Below are positions 1 to 12,000 of a stretch of DNA of 64,000 nt, one piece after another. A program made the translations under genes and the position numbers. The notes under the pieces were generated by a model. It did not search any database and had not been told where the DNA came from. It was given only the letters and a program-made list of their open reading frames with translations. How positions within the stretch are numbered: position 1 is the first letter of the stretch; each line of letters starts with the position of its first letter. Origin of the DNA: Amoebophrya sp. A120 (lineage: Eukaryota > Protista > Dinoflagellata); contig CAJINV010000001.1 in assembly GCA_905178155.1 (NCBI GenBank), positions 14,033,265-14,097,264 on the forward strand, in the 5' to 3' direction.

Positions 1-3000
1 TGGGTGTTGTCCATGGGTTGCGGTGCCTCCGCACAGAGTTTCGACACGACGTCATATGTGTACCCCGGTTTGCAGTCGTTCATCTTGCAACAGGTCATGC
101 CGTTGTGCGGGCAGATGTCGTCTCCGGCCGACTGCCACTGCGTCGTGTTGCCATTCGCGCAGAAACACTGGTTCGCCTGGCACACGAAGGCTTTTCGCTG
201 CTGACCGGTCGTGCTTGCGACGACCGGGACGTTCTTTTCCACCAACGAGTACCCCCGGTCGCAGAAGCGACAGGAAATCCCGCCGGACGCCTTGCAGCCG
301 ATAGCCGGTTCCCCGTTCGGGCACTCGCAGGTCTTCTCCACACAGGTGTTCGTGTCCGGATCCAGCTCGTGGGTCGGCAGGCACTTCTCGCAGCTGTGCA
401 TGCCGTAGGACTCGCACTTCGCACTGGGCACCGCGGTCCCGGAGCTGCAGATGCAGTCGTTGGGGATACACTGCCCCTTGGAAACGGACTTCCCCGGGCC
501 GCAACTTGCGCACCTCTCCGCCCCTGCGAGAGGGCACTGTGCCCCCGTCGCTGGCGTTCCCCCCGGGTCGCTGCAGACACACACCCGGATCTCGCACACC
601 TGCCGCTGGGTGCTGTAGTCGTAGCCGGTCAAACAGAAGTCTCTTTCCTCGTCTGGCGTGGTCGGGAGCGGGCAGCGGTACTTCTTCCACTGTTCGCACG
701 CGCCGTGCGGGTCGCCGCTCGTCCACGACTGAAACTCCGAGGCGCTGTTCGCGCAGCTGCACTTCTGGGGTTTGCACGTGCCCATGTTTTTCACGCCCTC
801 AACCGGCACGTAGTAGAAGCCGGCGGCGCACCGCTTGATCTGCGCCGTGCCGTCCGCGTTCAGCACGATCGGTTTGTCGCTGTAGCAGTAATTCCGGGTG
901 GCGTTCGTGCAGATCTTCGGCGAGTCCTTCTCCACGATCAGCCGCATCACGCGCATCAACTCCAAGTCGGACACGATGCCCTTGTCCAGGTCGTCGAAGG
1001 GGAAGCGGGTCAGGTTGTACGTTGTCGTCCAGTTCCCCGGATCGGTCCCGTTGCCCGCCGCATTCTCGCAGCCGCACTCCTCCGGCTCACAGCGGCCTGA
1101 TTTCCGACTGAACACGAAGCCGCGCCGGCATTCCTCGCAGATCGTGTACGGCATTTCCGCGCTGCACTCGGACTGCGCAAAGCCCCACTTCTTGCACCTG
1201 ACAACATCCTTCTTGCACGGCATGCACATGTCCTCCTTGGTGGCCTGGTTTTTCGTCATGAAGTTGCCCGTCCTGCACTTCAAAACCACTTCCGTCTTCA
1301 GCACGTCCGGCGGGGTACTGTACCGCATGACCGGGGCCTGGCCGCCCGAGTGCCGGTAGGCGGAGTCGAAGGTCCGGTCTAATAGGCCACGAAAGCTCTC
1401 CACGTTTTCCTCGCGGTTCATGCCAATTCGCGCGAACACGTCCTCGATGAACTCGGTGTTTGCGTACCCTGGCTTGTGCATCGCTTGGATCTCCACCGTG
1501 ACGTCGACCAACCACGCGGCGTGCCCGTCCGGAAGCCCCTCGGCGGACGGGTCCTGCGCGGTCGTGGGGTCACTGCTGACGACCAAGCTGCGGATGCGTA
1601 CCATGTCCATCGTCCACAGGGAAAAAAAGCGCATGAAGGACTTTTTCAGCGTGTCCGCGTAGTGCGAGTCGACACTGCCCGCGTTCTGGGGGATGTTGAT
1701 GGTCGGGATTTTCGGCGTCTCGCCCAAGTCGTACACGGCGTAAGAATGCAAATCCGGCTGCTGGAAGGGCTTGTCGTTTGCGCCGAAATAATCCAGCCTC
1801 GCACCAGAATCCGTGCGTGCGCCGACCATCATGTTTGCGGTGGGGAAATTGCAGTCCGGGTCGGCGCTGGTCAGCATGCTGCTCTTCGCCTGGTCCATGT
1901 CCTTCGCAAAAGCGACCGAGTACGTCTGCATGTCGTTCGGCCCGCTTTCCAAGCTGATCGCCACGTACCGTGCGTCGGTCGCGATAAAGCTCCCAAAGCA
2001 GCCGTCCTGGATCAGTCTCGTCAGGGTTTCAATCGGCCACGGCTCGTCTGGTGGGTCCGCACAAAGCCCGGCGTGAAAGCCAGCGGATTCGGGGTGCGCA
2101 AACCCGAGCGGAGGCGCGGCTCCCTCGCTCGCCAGGCACATGAGCGGTCGGTACAAGCCGTCGGCGATCTGCCGTTGCACAACCCGAGTTTGCTTCAGAT
2201 GCTGGACAAAGCCCGTCGCCGGCATCGACTGCGGAATGCGCATTTGGACCAGTACCGCCCGCTCGGGCGCGCTGCGCAGACTGATCTTCAAAAGCTCCGA
2301 TGGCTTCATCACGGGCGGCGACTGCTGCTCCTGCTCCTCTTGAGTTTGCGCCCCAGGCACTTGTCCTGCTGTTTGCCTACGCTGCACTTCGCCCAGAGCG
2401 ATGTTCATCCCAGCCGCCTCCGAATTTTTCGGCTCATCTGCGAGCGCGCCGAGCGGGCCAGCTCCGGAATCTGTGGCGAAGAACTCCTGCAGAAAGGCCG
2501 GCTGCTGCGCGGCTTTCGAGAAGGTCGCGTTTTTATCAAACGTGGCGTTCTTGCCACAAGTTGACAGATCCGGCCGGTACAAAGCTTCGTACTTCATCAG
2601 AATGAACTTCTGCCGGGCCACCTGCGCAGCGCTGACGCCGCCGAAACGGGCCACGAACGTGGTTTCTACGATGATGTTGTTCATTACCACGATGGGGTCG
2701 GCAATTGCCGGGTCCTTCACGATGGTTGTGTTTACCGTGATGCTCTGCACGCCCGTGTCCTCGCCAAACTCCTTTTCCAGCCAGTGCCGCGCGTTCTTCT
2801 CGGTTACCGGAAGACTGGATTCCGGGTTCAGCACCGACCTGACCACCGCGGTTACGTCGATCGGGGGTGACACGTCCACGCTGGGCTGCTTCGTTCCGGT
2901 CACGTCCTCCACCGGGTGCTCGCACTTCTCGGCGCCGAGCCCGATCGAAAACACGCCGGCGGGGCACCGGAGACACTCCGTCGCCCCCGGACCTTCCGCG

Positions 3001-6000
3001 AAGTATCCCTGGGGGCACATCTCGCAGAAGCCCTTCGTCCCCGCAAACCCGGGCGGACAGAACTCGCAGTCCGTGTTTTCCCTGTTCGGCATGCGACCGT
3101 CCTCGCACTGGCGGCATGTCTTGCCGTCGGAAGACACAGAGCCGTCCGCGCACGGGATGCACTCGATGCTATCCTTGTCCACGATCGTCCCGGGCTCGCA
3201 CGTCGTGCACCGCGTCATTCCCTTGATGTTCGCCCTTGTGTAGGCCTCGCACCGCTGGCAAATGCCCATCAGTCCCGCTGTGCCCTTCTCGCACTTGCGG
3301 CATCGTGACGGGTCTGACGGCTCCACCTCACTGCCGTCGGGGCACTGTACACACGCGCCCCCGATGCCGGCGTAGGAGTAGGGGCACTGCACGCACATGG
3401 ACCGATCGTCTGACTGCCGTCGTCCGTCGGGACAACGGATGCACTCCTGTAGCGCCTCCGTCGGTGCGTAGTACCGGTCCGCACACGGAAAGCACACGCC
3501 ATTGTGTCCGTACTTCCCCGGGGGGCATGGCTCGCACCGCGTTTGCTGCGCCGAGGGCTGGTAACCGTGCTGGCAGCGACGGCACTTGCCGCCACTGCCC
3601 GCCTCCCCGGGCCCACACTTCTCGCACGTGCCGCGGGCCGGATCGGGCGCAAACCCGTCGGGACACTTGCCGCACTTCCCCTTTTTCCCGGCGGAGTTCG
3701 CTTTGCAGGGCTCGCAGTGCGTTTTCGTGACAGCGGGTTCAAAGCCGTCTGCACAGCTGAGGCAAATGCCGTCCCGACCCGCCTCACCCGCACCGCAGGG
3801 CTCGCAAGCAGTCATCACGTCGTTGGGCGCGTAGCCGTCCCCGCATTTTGTGCAAATCCCGTTATTGCCGGCGTAGTTTGACGGGCATTGGATGCAATCC
3901 GTGCCGTCGGGGTTTGGACGCCGTCCGCCTTGGCAGGGGTAGCACTCACCACCTTTCCCAACTAATCCGGGAGGACAGGGCTCGCAGGCCGTGCGATCCG
4001 CATTCAGCTGATGCGCATCAGGACACCTGCAGTTTTTGGACATTCGGACTCAGCTTCGTTTTGACTTGCTTCAGTTCGACGTCAAGAACCTAACCACGAC
4101 AGCTGGTAGTATCTCAAAAGCAATAAGCAAAGAGTTTTGTATCTGGTACTGTCGCGAAATGCCGAAGATGGCGGCACGTCCATACAGCGGCTTGACGAAC
4201 GTGGTATTAGTGTCGCTCGGGACGAAGCCCGGTGGGGCAGTTTCGCAGAAGCCTTCCTTCCCAGCCTTGCCAGGTGGACACTTTCGGCATCCGTTTCGCC
4301 CCGGGTTTACCTCGCTCCCATCAGGACAGCGCTTACAACTCACGGATCCTGCGGGGGCGTGCGTGCCCGGGGGACACATCGCGCAAGTTCCGTTAGAGCC
4401 TGCAAATCCCGCCGGGCATTCAATGCATTCAAACTTGGCTCCATCTGGCACCATACCGGGTGCACACCGCTCGCAGTTGCTGTTTGCTCCCGCGAAACCT
4501 TCGGGACATTCGACGCATTTACCGTTCTCGCCGCGCATACCGTCGTTACACGGCTCGCAAGTTTTTCGCACTGGGTCAGACACCAAGCCGCTCGCGCACT
4601 TCAAGCAGACGTTCATTCCCGAAGTAGCGTCATATCCGAGCGGGCATCTCACACAAAGCCTGTAGTTGTAATGGGTGAAGCTGATAAGACGAGTACGGGT
4701 AGCTCACGAAAGATGGACAGCCATAGAAGCAACACAAACACAACAAGGGCCAAGCAAAGTACGTGTTGCTGTCATTGGGTGCGAAGCCGTCCGGGCACGC
4801 CTTGCACTTGGACAAACCTTCCAATTTCGTGTAGGTGCCGGCCTTGCACAGGTCACACTTGCCGTCGGTACCGGCCGACCCCGGCGGACAAGGGGCGCAC
4901 CGTCGGTTGTTTTGGGGATCCGGCTGCGATCCGTCGTTGCACTTGAAGCAGATGCCGAAGTTCCCGGCGTACCCCTCCGGGCAGGGTTCGCACCCTGTCT
5001 TCGCTGCATTGGGCTGGGTCTTGGGACCGCAAGTCGTGCACTTGCTCTCCCCGACTTGCGGACTGTACTGCCCGATCATGCACACGTCGCAGCGACCCTT
5101 GGTGCCCGATTGGCCGGCCGGACAGGGTACGCACTTGGTGCGCGTCGCGTCGGGCTTGGTTCCGTCAGCGCAGAGTTTGCAGTCGATGCCGTCGGTGTTG
5201 TGGTGCCGGGGCGGGCAGAAGTCGCAGGCGGACCGCCCGGGGTTTGGCGTGTACCCGGGTTTGCACGTCTCCGGAATGCCCAGGGTGGCGACCACTGCGC
5301 CGGACATCTTGCGGCAGAAGGTCTTGTCGTTATTCGGCGTCATGCCATCGGGACACACGAGTACCAACCCGTATTGCGCAATGTTGCCTGCGGGCGGAGG
5401 CACGCAGTCCGTCAACTTTGGGCTGGGGACCAGTCCCATGCCGCACCGCTCGCATGCGCCGCCCGTCCCGGCCATGCCGTTCACGCACGGGACGCACGCC
5501 GTCCGGCCGGCGTTGGGCTCCGTCCCATCCTCGCACGTCTTGCACTGGTCCTGCGCGGCCAGGTCGCTGTAGGTCTTCGGCGGGCAGCGGCGGCAGGTCC
5601 CCTTGGTCCAGCATGTGTCGATCTGCTCCCGCGGGACGCGCTTCGCTGCCATGTAGGCCAGATTCTCGCACCGCATGGTTGGCCGGTGCCACGCGCACTG
5701 CGTCTGTGCGCGCAACACGGGACGCGTAAACACGTCTGTGGGTGACAGCGCAATGTCGGTTGTGCCGTACGCCGGAATCTCTTTGCGGGTGTCGTACGTG
5801 CGAAGACAGGTGAGACGGTCGGTCACGGTGTTGCAGGGCGCGATGTTGTACTTGTAGACGACTTGCGAGTTGGAGGCCTGAGCATGAGCAGGAGTGTTGT
5901 TCTTTTGCAGATTCTAAAATCGAAAGTGTTTGTTCATGACACATGGCGAAGATCAAGACACAAAGAAACACAAATATGACTGCGGCGCCAGAGACTGACA

Positions 6001-9000
6001 TCACATGAGTATCATAACCATTGGGCGTGATCATGAAAAGTAAGTACTCAAATTTGCAGCTTAGAAACACAAACATTGAGTCGCTTCTCATCATACCTTA
6101 GTCTTCCCGAAGGTGATCGAGGTGGCGAGCAAACTGACAGCATCAGCAGCCAGGGAGACGCCGGTCACGTCGAACGATGCCTTATCCTGCTTTGCCGTCG
6201 CCGTCGTTGCAAGCGCTTTCTGCAGTGCTGGTATGTTTGTTTTCAGAGCTTGTTTCACAGCTTTCGTGTTCACGCGATATTTTTGCTTCCTAGGCTGAGC
6301 GGCAGTGTTGAATGTAGCCTGGTTCGCGCTCGCGTCTGTCGTCAAAGTAGCCCGGTTCGCGCTCGCGTCTGTAGTCAAAGTAGCCCGGGTCGCGCTCGCG
6401 TCTGTAGTCAAAGTACCCTTGGTTGCGCTCGCGTCCGTAGTCAAAGTAGCCTTGGTTGCGCTCGCGTCGGTATTTAGAGTCGCCTTCTTTGCTTTCAGTT
6501 CTGATTCCAGCGTGGCCTTGTTCGCTTTCATTTCAGATTCCAGCGTTGCTTGCTTTGCCTTCAGCTGCGCACTGGTTGACTCGCTCTGCGCCGTCACACC
6601 GGTACTCACTTCCGTTTTGTCTGCGGCAACGTCTGCACTGATTTCGGCTTTCTTGGCCGCAACGTCGGCGTTGAGTTCTGCGGTCTTTGACGTCACGCCG
6701 GCGTCGAGGACCCCTGTTTTCGCCGTGATGTCGGTGGCCACAGTAATCGGACTGCGGGGCATCGCGCTCAAAGAATTCAGGGAAATCCCGGGAATCGCCG
6801 CGCCCGCGACCGCCACTGTCACGGCGCCACTCAGCGAGCTCAAGGTCGCCGCGTCCATCCCCGCGTCCGGAAAGGCCACTTCCAGCTCGTCGCTCTGCTC
6901 CGCCGACACCATGATCTGAAACGACGCAATCATGCTTACGTCGGACCTTGTGGTCGCCAGGAGAAACATCGAGGTCGTGTTTTTCGGCGTCAAGTGAAAG
7001 TTCTGCAAATTCGCTACCGTCGTCCCCGGAATCGAATTCGCCAAATACGCAGCGGTACCCGTCTTCATGGCGTTCACCAAAGACGGATTCGTGGCGCAGC
7101 TCTGGGGATCTCCCGTGCAGGAGACCGAGGCGCCGTACTGCAGGGTGGGCAGGGGGTGTTTCAACTTGACCAGGTCGGTGTTCAGCTCCGTTTTCTCTGA
7201 AGTCACGTCGGCGTTGAGTCCGGTCTTTTCCGCCGTCACGTCGGACTTCAGTTCCGTCTGGTCCGCAGTAACGCCAGCGGAGAGCTCTTCCGTGTTCGCC
7301 GTGACGCCGCTGTTCAGTTCCCGTACGTTTGCGGTCAAATCGCTCTTCAGCGTCTGCGTCCCCTCCGTCATTTCGGCGTTCATGACCTCCTTGCGCGCAG
7401 TCATGTCCGCCTGAAACTGCTCCTGGTTGGCAGTGACGTCGCCGTTTAAGGTGCGCACTTTGGCCAGCATTTGAGACTTGTAGGTGGTTTTCGTCGGGAG
7501 TAAATCCGAGGTGACGTTCGTCTTCAAGGCGTAGACCACGCCATTGACCGTGGTCGTCCCCTCCTTCGCGGTGGACTGCAGCGTCGTCGTGTTCGGGGTG
7601 ATGTCCGTGTCCCATTCGGTCACGTCTGCGAGCATGTCGCTGTTCAGCTGTTTCGTCTGGGCCTGCGCGGAGAGCTCGAGCGCCTTGTTGTGGTAGGGGT
7701 ACAGCACCGCGATTACTTGCGTGTCGTTCAACGCGGGCGGCGGGGATGGGCACTGGTCGTCCGGAGGCAGCCCGTAGGGCGCCGAGGTCCCCGGCGGGCA
7801 GCTCTCGCACTTGTCGCCCTCGAGGCTGGGTCTTTGCCCGATCGGACAGAACGCGCAGCTGTTCACGTTGGTGCCGAACAGGCCGGGACCGCAGAAGCCG
7901 CAACTCCCGTACGTCGGGAACGGGTTCCTTCCATTCGGGCACGCGGCGCACTGGTCGCGATTCGGGTTGCTTGCCTCCGGAAACGCGCACTGCTTGCACT
8001 CAAAGGTCCCTTCCGTCGCCGCGGAGAAACCTCTTTCGCACGGGTAGCACTCCGCCTTCTTGGAGAGCTTGAACACGGGGTCGGGTGGACTCGGCACAAA
8101 GCCCGCCGGGCATTTCAGGCACTGTGCCAGACCGACAACGGGGGTGAATTCGCCGTCCGGGCAAGCAAGGCATTTTCCGTCGACGCCATAGTACCCAACT
8201 TTGCACGGGAGGCACCCGCCGTTCTCCGGATCCGGCGCCAGGCCGGCCGGACACAATTGGCAGATCCCCTCGCCGGGCGTGTAGGCTTCGTTGTCTTTGC
8301 AGGCGATACAAAAATCACGATCATCGTTGGGCTGCGTTCCATCCAAACAAATGTCACATTTGAGCTGGCCCGTCTTACCGGCATAGAACCTGCAGTGGGA
8401 TTTATTTTTGTGAAACGAGGAATGTCACAATGACTAGGCGCTTCGAAAAAACTTCGCAGATGAGAAATATCTAAACACAGCCTCTACTCAAGTAATTACA
8501 TACCCTGGCACGGTGCAGGGACTGCACTTTCCAAAACGCCCCGCGGTGCCCTTCTTGCAGGGAACACAGCCGACCCCGTTCGGGTCCTTCTCCTTGCCGT
8601 CTGGACAGATGCCGCACTCCACCCCGTCTGTGCTGGTGGTCCCCTCGGGACAGGGTTCGCACTTGTCCCGGGCCGGGGTGGGCTGGAAGTCCGCGGGGCA
8701 CTTGTCGTCGCACAGCCCGTTCTTGCCCGCGTAGCCCGGTTGACAGGGCCTGCAGCTGGCGAAGGTGGTGGGGTCGGGTTCGAAACCGTCGAAGCACTTC
8801 CGGCCGATACCGCCGATGTAGACCTTGCCCGCGTCCGCGGGGATACAAACGGTCGAGTTTCCGTTGGGCCTGGTCCCGTCCGGGCAGAGGGTGCACATGC
8901 CGCCCGTTCCCGCGCTGCCGGGGGGACACCCCTCGCACAACGTGTTGCCCGGGTTGGACCGCGAGCCGTCGGGGCACTGACTGCAGGTCGTGGCGCCGGG

Positions 9001-12000
9001 CTTCTCCGAGATGGTTGCGCCGGTGCACAATTGGCAGGTCGCGTCGTTCACGGTCTTCGCCAGGCCCACGGGGCAGTCCACACACAAATCCCCCTGAGGA
9101 TTCGGTTCCTGCCCCGCTGGGCAGGCTTTGCACTCCAGACCCTGCGTGCTCACGAGTCCGGCGGAACAGGGCTTGCACACGCCGTCTTCCTGCGCCATTC
9201 CCGGGGGGCAAGCGATGCAGCTGTCTCGGTAGGGTGAAGAAACCAAGCCGGAAAGACATGGCAGACAAGCCTTCGCCCCCGAAGCAGCCGCAAAGCCGAG
9301 CTCGCAACGGATGCAAGAACCACGCCCGGTGGCCGGGTCTGGCGCAGACCCGCCGGGGCAATTGGCGCATTTGTCCTCCGTACCGTTAGGAGCGTACTGA
9401 TAGATGGGACACGTCACGCATTTCGTCTTGTCCGGAGCCACGAAGGTACCCGCGGGACACTGCTCGCAGGCTGTAGCATTTGCGTTTGGCACAGCACCGG
9501 CGGGACACTTGAAGCACTCCCCAGCGGTTCCCATACTGGGGGCGTAGGTGGCCGCGGGGCAAGCAGTGCAACTAGTCGCTGCAGGTTTTGTTTTGCAGTG
9601 CATTCACACAAACACTTCGTTCAGTTTCGTTGCATTCATGATTCATCGTTTAATAAGAGGGAGACGTTCATCATCTTCATCTTGTCCTCCTTATCTCGAT
9701 ACATATCCAGCCCAAAACCTAAAAATCAGCTGTTTTTCATAAGAAAGCAATCAAGGTCAACGTCATACCATCCTGGACGGAAAAGGTCCCGGGTTGACAG
9801 GGCACGCAGATGCTCTTGTCGGGCAACGGCACGAACCCAAGCGGGCATGCCCTGCACGCAACATCTCCGGCGATCGCGACCTTTTCCGGCGGGCAGCCCT
9901 CACACATCGTCTGGTCGGCGTTCGGAACCTGTCCCGCGGGGCAGGTGGTGCAATTCCCCGCACCCCCAGCCGCTATGGTACCCGGTGCGCAGCCCTGACA
10001 CGTGTTTCCTGTCGCCGGCGCGTACTTACTGTCAGGACACTTCTCGCACTCCTCTTTGTTCGCAGCCACCACCTGGCCCATCTTGCACGCGCCGCAACTG
10101 GTTTCTGTCATCTTGTAGGTGCCGACGGCGCAGGGGCGGCACGTGCCCTCACGGGTCAGAATGTACCCCGCGCTGGTGCAGACCTCGCAAACTTCCATAC
10201 CCATCATCGTGCAGCCGTTTGCCTTGCCCTTCGCCGGCGTGCCATTGGGGCACTTGCAGATCGGCACCGGGGTCGTGGTCACGGTTTCGGCCGGAACAAC
10301 GAGTCCCGTGGCGGACACGTTGGACACGTTTGCGGTGGTCGTCGGTTGCCACTCGAACTCCCGCCGGACCCTAGTACTCCGGGCCTTCGCCTTCGTTTGC
10401 AGCGCGCTCATCTTCTGCCAGGGCCACCACCGAGCACTTAGGTTCCTGCTTTTCGGCGGAACAGCTTGGTTTCTACTCCGGTCGCCCTGGTTCGGCTGTT
10501 TCTCGTCAATCAGCCAGGTACTGGATGTCGACCCGGTGAGAAGAAGACTTGGGTCCGTCGCGCCCGGAGTCTGGCCGGGTTTCATCGCGTTCCCCGATTC
10601 CGCCAGCTTCTTTTGCTCCTCGTCGTACGCAATGCGTTCATACTTCATCCACATGTCGAGAATGGTTTCAGGCGCATCATTGAAGCCCAGCTGCCGCTGG
10701 ATCCCCAAGGCGCCGCCGACACCCAAGTACTCAAACGTAATCTGCCGCTTTGGGAAACCGACGACAAATTTTCCGCCGTCCTGCCACTCCCCCCTGCCTT
10801 CCACTCCAAGCACGTACTCTGCCATCACGCGCCTCCACAGATCCAGTTCGCCCGGGACCTCCACTTTGAAGCAAACCCCCCACATCACGCGCTGATTGGT
10901 GGTTTGCTTCTCGTACACGGTGCCCAACTTTTCCAGCACTTCTGTCACGTTCGATCGGTCGCTGGGACCGCTCAACCCGAGGTCCAAGGTCTCGAAACTG
11001 CCCAACATCGCCTCCACTTTTCGCAGCTGTTTCTGCCCGCCACGGAGCACGAGCTCGAAATCGGTGCGCACGATCACCTCCTCCTCTTGGACATCGGTCG
11101 AGAAGCGGTTCTGCGCCAGACTCAAATCCACGTTTTGCGTCGTCTTCTCCGCCTTCATGACCCGCACATCGCGGTGGTCCAAGCCGAGCACGTCGCCGAG
11201 CCGGCGTTGCTTACCCCGCAGGTACGTGGGTGCTTGCAGAACGTACTTCGGCAAGGCGCCGGTCGTGATTTTTGACGAGTAGGACCAGTCGATGGTAGTC
11301 GCTTGGTCCGGAACAACGTACGTCCACACAGACACGTCGTCCGCGTCGCCCGAGACTCTCGCGAGTCCCTGCATCTCCCCGTTCAGCACTTGAAACAGGC
11401 GGATCTTCTCCGAATCCGCTCGGAACATGCGGGAGAGGTACGTCGCGGCCGCTTTCCCGGCGGTCACGCGAATGCGGCAAATGCTGGTCACGTACAGTTT
11501 GCCCTTGCGCATCACCTCCATGGTCCGCTCAACGGTGACGTCGGCAAGGATGCGCCTCCTCGGGTCTTGTGTGAAAATATCGATGGCGCGCTTCTTGGCG
11601 TTCTCGTAACCGACCTGTGCATGATGTGTTTCCTTTTAACTTGACAGTAGAACTTTGCCTTTGGCTTTGCTTACCTCCGAAGGTTGTACTGCTTCAGTGC
11701 GGTACATTCTTGAAAACAAGCAAGAAGTGACGTAAAAAGAACAACACCACCATCCATACCTGGTTGAACACTTGCAGACTGCCCGCGGTTTCGCGTATTT
11801 CTGGAACCGTCAAGACCAACACGATCGCATGCGGTGGCTCGAAGCTACGGTACACCTCGCTTGTGGCGTTCAGGTCGACCTGCACATCGTGCACCTGAAT
11901 CGCTCGCAGATTGGCCTTCACCTGGTCCAGCTCGTTCAGAATCGCGGCCGTGGCAAGTTCTTGGAACTCGGGCGTGGAAAACCGCAGCTCGGTGAACACC

